DNA of 64,000 nucleotides from Escherichia coli (GTDB lineage Bacteria; Pseudomonadota; Gammaproteobacteria; Enterobacterales; Enterobacteriaceae): NCBI RefSeq assembly GCF_051903065.1, contig NZ_CP178438.1; one strand, 5' to 3'. Shown piece by piece: positions 56,306 to 64,000 of this stretch (position 1 is its first letter; each line of letters starts with the position of its first letter). The notes under the pieces were generated by a model. It saw only the letters and a program-made list of their open reading frames with translations, ran no database searches and was not told where the DNA came from. The position numbers and the translations under genes were made by a program.

Positions 56306-57502
56306 ATGTCCGTTTTCTCATTGAAGATTGATATCGCCGATAACAAATTTTTCAACGGCGAAACATCACCGCTCTTTTCGCAAAGCCAGGCCAAACTGGC
56401 GCGCCAGTTCCACCAGAAAATAGCTGGTTATCGCCCAACACCGCTTTGTGCGCTGGACGATCTCGCAAACCTTTTTGGTGTGAAGAAAATTCTTGTCAAA
56501 GACGAATCAAAACGATTCGGTCTGAACGCCTTCAAAATGCTCGGCGGTGCGTACGCTATCGCTCAATTATTGTGTGAAAAATATCATCTTGATATCGAAA
56601 CGCTGTCATTTGAGCACCTGAAAAATGCCATCGGCGAAAAAATGACTTTCGCGACCACCACCGACGGCAACCACGGGCGCGGTGTGGCGTGGGCAGCGCA
56701 GCAACTCGGACAGAATGCGGTGATTTACATGCCGAAAGGTTCTGCTCAGGAACGCGTTGACGCCATTCTGAACCTCGGTGCCGAGTGCATCGTCACGGAT
56801 ATGAACTATGACGATACCGTTCGCCTGACCATGCAACACGCGCAGCAGCACGGCTGGGAAGTGGTACAGGACACGGCATGGGAAGGTTACACCAAAATCC
56901 CAACCTGGATCATGCAAGGCTACGCAACCCTGGCAGATGAAGCCGTCGAGCAAATGCGTGAAATGGGCGTAACCCCGACGCACGTTCTGCTGCAAGCCGG
57001 TGTCGGAGCAATGGCCGGTGGTGTGCTGGGTTATCTGGTCGACGTCTATAGCCCGCAAAATCTGCACAGCATTATTGTTGAACCTGACAAAGCTGACTGT
57101 ATTTATCGCTCCGGCGTCAAAGGCGACATCGTCAACGTTGGCGGTGATATGGCCACCATCATGGCGGGCCTGGCCTGTGGCGAACCTAACCCGCTGGGCT
57201 GGGAAATCCTACGTAACTGCGCTACCCAATTCATCTCCTGCCAGGACAGCGTTGCCGCATTAGGTATGCGCGTGCTGGGTAATCCGTACGGCAACGATCC
57301 GCGCATTATCTCCGGTGAATCCGGCGCTGTCGGTTTGGGCGTTCTCGCGGCGGTTCATTATCACCCGCAACGTCAAAGCCTGATGGAAAAACTGGCGCTG
57401 AACAAAGATGCCGTGGTGCTGGTTATCAGCACCGAAGGCGACACCGACGTGAAGCACTACCGCGAAGTTGTCTGGGAAGGCAAACACGCTGTAGCACCTT
57501 AA
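56306..57502 (+). CDS. ygeX: Diaminopropionate ammonia-lyase (PLP-dependent)
   Basis: 398-aa ORF of the PLP-dependent Trp-synthase-beta-like fold. Confidence 0.85.
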   Translation: MSVFSLKIDIADNKFFNGETSPLFSQSQAKLARQFHQKIAGYRPTPLCALDDLANLFGVKKILVKDESKRFGLNAFKMLGGAYAIAQLLCEKYHLDIETLSFEHLKNAIGEKMTFATTTDGNHGRGVAWAAQQLGQNAVIYMPKGSAQERVDAILNLGAECIVTDMNYDDTVRLTMQHAQQHGWEVVQDTAWEGYTKIPTWIMQGYATLADEAVEQMREMGVTPTHVLLQAGVGAMAGGVLGYLVDVYSPQNLHSIIVEPDKADCIYRSGVKGDIVNVGGDMATIMAGLACGEPNPLGWEILRNCATQFISCQDSVAALGMRVLGNPYGNDPRIISGESGAVGLGVLAAVHYHPQRQSLMEKLALNKDAVVLVISTEGDTDVKHYREVVWEGKHAVAP

Positions 57503-57559
57503 TCACCCTATTGGAACTGCTCCCTGCAAAACGGGGAGTAAAAAATCTGGAGAAAAATA

Positions 57560-58771
57560 ATGGCTAAGAATATTCCATTCAAACTGATTCTTGAAAAAGC
57601 AAAAGATTACCAGGCGGATATGACTCGCTTCCTGCGCGACATGGTTGCTATTCCCAGTGAAAGCTGCGACGAGAAACGCGTAGTACATCGTATTAAAGAA
57701 GAGATGGAAAAAGTCGGCTTCGATAAAGTTGAAATCGACCCGATGGGCAACGTTCTCGGTTATATCGGCCACGGCCCGCGTCTGGTGGCAATGGACGCTC
57801 ATATCGATACCGTCGGCATTGGCAACATCAAAAACTGGGACTTCGATCCGTACGAAGGCATGGAAACTGATGAGCTGATCGGTGGTCGCGGTACTTCCGA
57901 CCAGGAAGGCGGCATGGCATCTATGGTTTATGCCGGTAAAATCATTAAAGACCTCGGTCTGGAAGATGAATATACCCTGCTGGTTACCGGTACTGTGCAG
58001 GAAGAAGACTGCGACGGTCTGTGCTGGCAGTACATTATTGAACAATCCGGCATTCGCCCGGAATTTGTGGTCAGTACCGAACCAACCGACTGCCAGGTAT
58101 ACCGTGGTCAGCGCGGTCGTATGGAAATTCGTATTGATGTTCAGGGTGTTAGCTGCCACGGTTCTGCGCCAGAACGCGGTGACAACGCCATTTTCAAAAT
58201 GGGTCCGATTCTTGGCGAATTACAAGAACTCTCCCAACGTCTGGGTTATGACGAATTCCTCGGCAAAGGCACCCTCACCGTTTCTGAAATCTTCTTCACA
58301 TCCCCAAGCCGTTGCGCTGTAGCAGATAGCTGCGCCGTCTCTATTGACCGCCGTCTGACCTGGGGCGAAACCTGGGAAGGCGCGCTGGACGAAATCCGCG
58401 CCCTGCCTGCAGTACAGAAAGCTAACGCGGTTGTTTCTATGTACAACTACGACCGTCCGTCCTGGACTGGCCTGGTTTACCCAACCGAATGCTACTTCCC
58501 GACCTGGAAAGTGGAAGAAGATCACTTCACCGTTAAAGCACTGGTGAATGCCTACGAAGGGCTGTTTGGCAAAGCGCCGGTTGTTGATAAGTGGACCTTC
58601 TCAACTAACGGCGTATCTATCATGGGCCGTCACGGCATTCCGGTGATCGGCTTTGGCCCGGGTAAAGAACCTGAAGCGCATGCACCTAACGAAAAAACCT
58701 GGAAATCTCACCTGGTGACCTGTGCCGCGATGTACGCTGCAATCCCGTTAAGCTGGCTGGCAACCGAATAA
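57560..58771 (+). CDS. ygeY: M20-family peptidase/deacylase YgeY
   Basis: 403-aa ORF. Confidence 0.85.
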
Positions 58772-58787
58772 TTACTCTTCACTTATT

Positions 58788-58813
58788 CCCCTCCGGTTCG
58801 CCGGAGGGTTTTT
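58788..58813 (+). terminator. Rho-independent terminator-like hairpin downstream of ygeY
   Basis: cccctccgg-ttcg-ccggaggg followed by TTTTTGG, ending about 10 nt before the hyuA ATG. Confidence 0.5.
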
Positions 58814-58823
58814 GGAGTTTGCT

Positions 58824-60209
58824 ATGCGCGTATTGATCAAAAACGGCACTGTCGTTAACGCAGATGGACAAGCCAAACAGGATTTGCTGATTGAAAGCGG
58901 GATTGTTCGCCAGTTGGGCAACAATATTTCGCCGCAGCTCCCGTATGAAGAAATTGATGCCACTGGCTGTTACGTTTTCCCTGGCGGCGTGGATGTCCAT
59001 ACGCATTTCAATATTGATGTCGGCATCGCGCGCAGTTGTGATGATTTTTTTACCGGTACCCGCGCAGCTGCGTGTGGCGGTACAACAACCATTATTGACC
59101 ATATGGGATTTGGCCCAAACGGCTGTCGGTTACGCCATCAACTGGAGGTTTATCGTGGCTATGCCGCCCATAAGACGGTCATCGACTACAGCTTTCATGG
59201 TGTGATCCAGCACATTAATCACGCCATCCTCGACGAAATCCCTATGATGGTCGAGGAAGGGTTGAGCAGTTTTAAACTCTATTTAACCTATCAATACAAA
59301 CTCAACGATGACGAGGTTTTGCAGGCATTACGCCGTCTGCATGAATCCGGCGCGCTGACCACCGTGCACCCGGAAAATGATGCGGCTATCGCCAGCAAGC
59401 GGGCGGAGTTTATCGCCGCAGGGTTAACCGCGCCGCGCTATCACGCCTTGAGTCGCCCTCTGGAATGCGAAGCGGAAGCCATCGCCCGCATGATTAACCT
59501 GGCACAAATTGCCGGTAACGCCCCGCTCTATATCGTGCACCTGTCTAACGGCTTAGGTCTGGATTATCTGCGGCTTGCCCGTGCGAATCACCAGCCAGTC
59601 TGGGTTGAAACCTGCCCACAATATCTCCTGTTGGACGAACGCAGTTACGATACAGAAGATGGCATAAAGTTCATTCTTAGCCCACCGCTGCGTAACGTAC
59701 GCGAGCAGGACAAACTGTGGTGTGGCATCAGCGATGGTGCGATTGACGTGGTGGCAACCGATCACTGCACCTTCTCGATGGCTCAACGCCTGCAAATTTC
59801 TAAAGGCGATTTCAGTCGCTGCCCAAATGGCTTACCCGGTGTGGAAAACCGCATGCAGTTACTGTTTTCCAGTGGCGTGATGACGGGACGTATAACACCG
59901 GAACGCTTTGTTGAATTAACCAGCGCAATGCCCGCCAGGCTGTTTGGCCTGTGGCCGCAAAAAGGATTATTAGCGCACGGTTCCGACGGCGACGTGGTGA
60001 TTATCGACCCACGTCAGAGCCAACAAATTCAGCATCGCCATCTCCACGACAACGCCGACTACTCGCCATGGGAGGGTTTTACCTGTCAGGGCGCGATTGT
60101 CAGAACCTTATCCCGTGGTGAAACGATTTTCTGTGACGGCACCTTTACAGGCAAAGCCGGGCGAGGTCGTTTCCTGCGACGCAAACCGTTTGTCCCTCCC
60201 GTGCTCTAA
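58824..60209 (+). CDS. hyuA: D-phenylhydantoinase / dihydropyrimidinase-like amidohydrolase
   Basis: Start MRVLIKNGTVVNADGQ gives 461 aa (track starts at an upstream TTG); metal-binding HxH motif. Confidence 0.85.
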   Translation: MRVLIKNGTVVNADGQAKQDLLIESGIVRQLGNNISPQLPYEEIDATGCYVFPGGVDVHTHFNIDVGIARSCDDFFTGTRAAACGGTTTIIDHMGFGPNGCRLRHQLEVYRGYAAHKTVIDYSFHGVIQHINHAILDEIPMMVEEGLSSFKLYLTYQYKLNDDEVLQALRRLHESGALTTVHPENDAAIASKRAEFIAAGLTAPRYHALSRPLECEAEAIARMINLAQIAGNAPLYIVHLSNGLGLDYLRLARANHQPVWVETCPQYLLLDERSYDTEDGIKFILSPPLRNVREQDKLWCGISDGAIDVVATDHCTFSMAQRLQISKGDFSRCPNGLPGVENRMQLLFSSGVMTGRITPERFVELTSAMPARLFGLWPQKGLLAHGSDGDVVIIDPRQSQQIQHRHLHDNADYSPWEGFTCQGAIVRTLSRGETIFCDGTFTGKAGRGRFLRRKPFVPPVL

Positions 60210-60256
60210 CCACTGCCAGGGATCTATACACAATCAAGAATGATGAGTGAGGAAAA

Positions 60257-61189
60257 ATGAGTAAGAAAATTGTTCTCGCCCTGGGCGGGAATGCGCTGGG
60301 CGATGATCTGGCCGGGCAAATGAAAGCGGTAAAAATTACTTCTCAGGCAATTGTTGATTTAATTGCCCAGGGACATGAGGTCATCGTCACTCACGGTAAC
60401 GGGCCACAGGTGGGCATGATTAACCAGGCCTTTGAAGCTGCCGCAAAAACTGAAGCACACTCGCCAATGCTGCCGATGTCTGTCTGTGTTGCCTTAAGCC
60501 AGGGTTATATTGGTTACGATCTACAAAACGCATTAAGAGAAGAACTGCTTTCTCGTGGCATTAATAAACCTGTAGCAACGCTGGTTACCCAGGTCGAAGT
60601 CGATGCTAACGACCCGGCATTCCTCAACCCGACCAAGCCGATCGGTTCGTTCTTTACCGAGCAAGAAGCAGAGCAACTGACAAAACAGGGTTACACTCTG
60701 AAAGAAGATGCTGGTCGCGGCTATCGCCGTGTTGTTGCCTCGCCAAAACCGGTTGATATCATTGAAAAAGAAACGGTTAAAGCTCTGGTAGATGCAGGCC
60801 AGGTGGTGATCACCGTTGGCGGTGGTGGTATCCCTGTTATTCGTGAAGGTAACCATCTGCGCGGTGCCAGTGCGGTTATCGATAAAGACTGGGCCAGCGC
60901 CCGTTTAGCAGAAATGATTGATGCCGATATGCTGATCATTCTGACTGCGGTAGAAAAAGTGGCCATTAACTTCGGTAAAGAGAATGAACAGTGGCTCGAT
61001 CGCCTGTCATTAAGTGATGCTGAACGCTTTATCGAAGAAGGTCATTTTGCGAAAGGTTCTATGCTGCCTAAAGTGGAAGCTGCCGCCTCGTTTGCTCGCT
61101 CTCGTGCAGGTCGTGAAGCACTAATTACCGTATTGAGCAAAGCGAAAGAAGGGATTGAAGGCAAAACAGGAACGGTGATTTGTCAGTAA
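60257..61189 (+). CDS. yqeA: Carbamate kinase-like protein
   Basis: 310-aa ORF, MSKKIVLALGGNALGDD, amino-acid kinase fold. Confidence 0.85.
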   Translation: MSKKIVLALGGNALGDDLAGQMKAVKITSQAIVDLIAQGHEVIVTHGNGPQVGMINQAFEAAAKTEAHSPMLPMSVCVALSQGYIGYDLQNALREELLSRGINKPVATLVTQVEVDANDPAFLNPTKPIGSFFTEQEAEQLTKQGYTLKEDAGRGYRRVVASPKPVDIIEKETVKALVDAGQVVITVGGGGIPVIREGNHLRGASAVIDKDWASARLAEMIDADMLIILTAVEKVAINFGKENEQWLDRLSLSDAERFIEEGHFAKGSMLPKVEAAASFARSRAGREALITVLSKAKEGIEGKTGTVICQ

Positions 61190-61194
61190 TTTAA

Positions 61195-61228
61195 AGGCCG
61201 GGTGGGTAATACCATCCGGCCATTTTCA
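61195..61228. terminator. Hairpin between convergent yqeA and yqeB
   Basis: ggccgg-gtgggtaataccat-ccggcc followed by attttcattt. Confidence 0.45.
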
Positions 61229-61229
61229 T

Positions 61230-62855
61230 TTAAGCCACTTCCAGCACTTCTTTTGTCGCTTTCACGCCCTGATGCATCAACATCATTAACGCTTCAAGTA
61301 CGCCGCCGCCAATCGCCCGGGCTTTATCAGAAACGCTGGTGAAATCAGCCGTTTCACCACGAGGATCGATATCACCAATTTTAAAACCACCGACCACTGC
61401 CAGTCCGTCGTTCAACAAGCCACGCACCATCCCCGTCAACGGTGCTTTAATTTCATGCTCACCAATCCAGGCAATCACATCGCCCTCTTTCACCAGATCG
61501 CCTAATTTCACGTTGGATCGCATAATGCCTGCAGCAGGAGCACGGATCACCCGTCGGGTGGTATGCCCCATAATATTGCCAGGAACACCGGTATTCTCCT
61601 GCGCACAACCAGAGTAAATCACCTGACCGAGCCAGTGCCCGCGATTTGTTTCAATTACCGCATGACAATCCTTCCCAGCAGTAAAGCCCGGCCCAAGCGC
61701 GATTGTTACTGGTGCCATATCTGCCCGCGTTCCCAAATTCTGTTTCGCCAGAATAGCGTCCACCACGCAAAGCGGTTTCAGTTCATCAAGCAATGAACAG
61801 GCGGGATCTACCATCACAGGGATGAATCCGCGTTCGGTAAGTTTCATCGCTTCCGCAGAGCTGGTTGTCAGGCGAGCAGTGACGCCTTCGACCGTCATTT
61901 CGCCATCAAACACGGCCTGGGCAAACGCCACGGTACAACGAATCACTGTCGGTTTTTCCACTTCCAGCATGATCACTTTAAAACCCGCATGATACAGACG
62001 TAGCGCCACACCACTGGCGATATCTCCCGCACCGCGAATCACCACCAGCTGGTGTCCGGAAGGATGAGAAGGTTTCATCATCAGCCCACCCGGCGCGTTA
62101 TTTTTCACCTGTAATATTTCTGCCAGCACGCTGATGGCGATCTCCTGCGGCGTTTCCGCACCTATGTTGTAACCAACGGGCGCATGTAAACGGGCAATAT
62201 GTTCTTCAGCCACGCCTTTCTCACGCAATTGACGCAGGAAAAGCTGAACCTTGCGACGACTTGCCAGCAACCCCAACCATGCAATGGGCTGTTCAATGAG
62301 TTTGTCGAGGGCTTCACGATCCTGATTATTCGTGGCAATCAGGACAAAATTATCAGGGCGAATATCCAGTGCTTCCACTGCCGCACCAAACGACTCAGCA
62401 TGGAGAAGCGTGGTTGATGGTGGGAATAGTTCAGGATTGAGGCTTTCGCGATAAATATCAGCAACGGCAATATCAAATCCTAATAGCGCCGCACTCTGGG
62501 CTATCGCCCGGTTGACATGCCCCGCGCCAATCAACACCAGACGTGGACGCATACCATGGACGCTGATAAATACTGACATTGCACCTCCACAATCTGACCC
62601 GACAGCATCCGCACCGTTACGAGCCATACGTCCATGGAATAATCGCGGCTTACGTTCCTGCAATGCCTGAAGCGACTCTTCAATCACCTTCCGCTCAACC
62701 ATTCCGCCACCAATTGTACCGACGATAGAACCATCGGCGCGCACTAACATTTGTGCAGAATGGCGGGGAGTCGAGCCTCGGCTATCAACAATTTGCGCCA
62801 TCGCAAACGGACAATTTTGCTCTTCGAGTTTTGCAGCCTCTGTGAAAATATTCAT
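61230..62855 (-). CDS. yqeB: XdhC/CoxI-family accessory protein YqeB
   Basis: 541-aa ORF; family is a reported marker of selenium-dependent molybdenum hydroxylase loci. Confidence 0.85.
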   Translation of the reverse strand: MNIFTEAAKLEEQNCPFAMAQIVDSRGSTPRHSAQMLVRADGSIVGTIGGGMVERKVIEESLQALQERKPRLFHGRMARNGADAVGSDCGGAMSVFISVHGMRPRLVLIGAGHVNRAIAQSAALLGFDIAVADIYRESLNPELFPPSTTLLHAESFGAAVEALDIRPDNFVLIATNNQDREALDKLIEQPIAWLGLLASRRKVQLFLRQLREKGVAEEHIARLHAPVGYNIGAETPQEIAISVLAEILQVKNNAPGGLMMKPSHPSGHQLVVIRGAGDIASGVALRLYHAGFKVIMLEVEKPTVIRCTVAFAQAVFDGEMTVEGVTARLTTSSAEAMKLTERGFIPVMVDPACSLLDELKPLCVVDAILAKQNLGTRADMAPVTIALGPGFTAGKDCHAVIETNRGHWLGQVIYSGCAQENTGVPGNIMGHTTRRVIRAPAAGIMRSNVKLGDLVKEGDVIAWIGEHEIKAPLTGMVRGLLNDGLAVVGGFKIGDIDPRGETADFTSVSDKARAIGGGVLEALMMLMHQGVKATKEVLEVA

Positions 62856-62902
62856 ACCAACCTCAATGGATATCCTTTCAGTAACCCGGAATACCCGGGC
62901 CG

Positions 62903-63673
62903 CTAATTCACAAATCTGCGCGCGATTGCAGGATGTTCTTGTATATCGCCCAGCCAGATTGCCTCTACGTCATGTTGTTGCAGCGGTTGAAGGAGCTCGC
63001 TTTGTGCAATCGCATTCTCACATTGAGAAAAACGGTTAATGAACCAGACTCGCCGACAACCTTGCGGTACGTTTTTAAACGCCCCCTGAGGGTGGCGAAC
63101 CAGCGCAACGAGATCGCTCAGTTGCAAGGTTGCATCAGGTGTTAACCCGGTAATATCAGCAAACTGCGACCAGCGATGGACATTTTCTGTGCTCACTTTC
63201 GCGCCCAAAGTATGTCCTCCCATCACAGCAATCACGCAGCAACTGCTTTTGGGTATGCAAGGTTCGTGCTCATCAGGCGCTTTTAACGGCATTCCACGCG
63301 AGCCATCTGCTTCAATGAGAATTACGTCACACTCTGGTCGTTGCACCAGTGCATCAATCGCTTCTGGCGTAAATCCCTGCACTTTTCCCTGGTTCGCTTT
63401 CCAGCTGTGAAAACAAAATGAAATGGGGGATGTAAGAGACGCATGAGGAAGCATGGCGGGATCACGACAGAAAACCACGGGCCAGTGTGACTTTGGCATA
63501 AACATATGTGTCGTCGTAGTGATTAACACACGCCTGCCGCGAGTCTGGAGCAGTTCTGCTAGCCAAAAAAGCAAGCTGGTTTTCCCCCCAGCACCAACAA
63601 CAGAAATCACAGTGGGACGTTTCTGCGCACCTAAATCAATGAATAATGCCGATGGGTCAACTATACTTTTCAC
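62903..63673 (-). CDS. yqeC: Putative selenium-dependent hydroxylase accessory protein YqeC
   Basis: 256-aa ORF with P-loop-like VVGAGGKTS. Confidence 0.8.
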   Translation of the reverse strand: MKSIVDPSALFIDLGAQKRPTVISVVGAGGKTSLLFWLAELLQTRGRRVLITTTTHMFMPKSHWPVVFCRDPAMLPHASLTSPISFCFHSWKANQGKVQGFTPEAIDALVQRPECDVILIEADGSRGMPLKAPDEHEPCIPKSSCCVIAVMGGHTLGAKVSTENVHRWSQFADITGLTPDATLQLSDLVALVRHPQGAFKNVPQGCRRVWFINRFSQCENAIAQSELLQPLQQHDVEAIWLGDIQEHPAIARRFVN

Positions 63674-63775
63674 GAGTCTTTATGACCTCTCTGGGATAAA
63701 TTACCCCCAACTTAATCCATCAGGAAGTAACGCAATTATCAGGCGTTATTAGCCCCTATAAATAATGGAACCACT

Positions 63776-64000
63776 ATGTCAGCCATCGACTGTATAATTA
63801 CCGCTGCCGGATTATCATCAAGAATGGGGCAATGGAAAATGATGTTACCCTGGCAACAGGGAACAATTCTTGATACAAGTATCAAAAATGCGTTGCAGTT
63901 TTGTAGCCGAATTATTTTAGTCACCGGCTATCGTGGTAATGAACTGCACGAACGTTATGCGAACCAGAGTAATATCACTATTATTCACAACCCAGATTAT
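63776..64000 (+). CDS. mocA: Molybdenum cofactor cytidylyltransferase, N-terminal part (runs off window end)
   Basis: ATG at about 63776 gives MSAIDCIITAAGLSSRMGQWKMMLPWQQGTILD, a nucleotidyltransferase N-terminus of MocA/YgfJ type. Confidence 0.8.
   Translation, partial: MSAIDCIITAAGLSSRMGQWKMMLPWQQGTILDTSIKNALQFCSRIILVTGYRGNELHERYANQSNITIIHNPDY

Noticed and set aside
57503-58159. 218-aa minus-strand ORF antisense to ygeY.
   Set aside because: Entirely embedded antisense in a conserved M20 peptidase gene, starts at a non-ATG codon without a Shine-Dalgarno, and has odd composition (His/Phe-rich); most likely spurious.

Overview
Escherichia coli-type chromosomal window with a conserved backbone and one accessory island. 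I did not find convincing evidence of a wholly new system; the accessory content is best explained as a degraded ETT2 type III secretion locus, which is already described. Backbone, in order: ptrA (partial), recC, ppdC-ygdB-ppdB-ppdA, thyA, lgt, ptsP, rppH, the DARS2 DnaA-box region, mutH, ygdQ, ygdR, tas, lplT-aas, the tandem sRNAs omrA/omrB, galR, lysA/lysR, ygeA, araE, kduD, kduI, yqeF, yqeG. The AT-rich island (about 30.8-47.8 kb) lies between yqeG and tRNA-Gly (glyU). It carries yqeHIJK, ygeF, ygeG, a 3'-truncated ygeH, an IS903-type element marking a large internal deletion, a disrupted T3SS ATPase gene (eivC), apparently intact eivA/eivE/eivG/eivF, a small unlisted membrane-protein ORF and a GH15-like gene. 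Downstream are ygeR (carrying a premature stop), xdhABC, ygeV and the ygeW-ygeX-ygeY-hyuA-yqeA, yqeB, yqeC, mocA cluster. Gene calls rest on protein length and sequence recognised from memory of E. coli K-12 and Salmonella SPI-1 homologues; no database search was run. The ORF track uses ATG/GTG/TTG starts, so several N-termini are over-extended and I adjusted starts where the homologue is known. Coordinates I derived by hand (RNAs, IS ends, DnaA boxes, terminators) are approximate to a few nucleotides.
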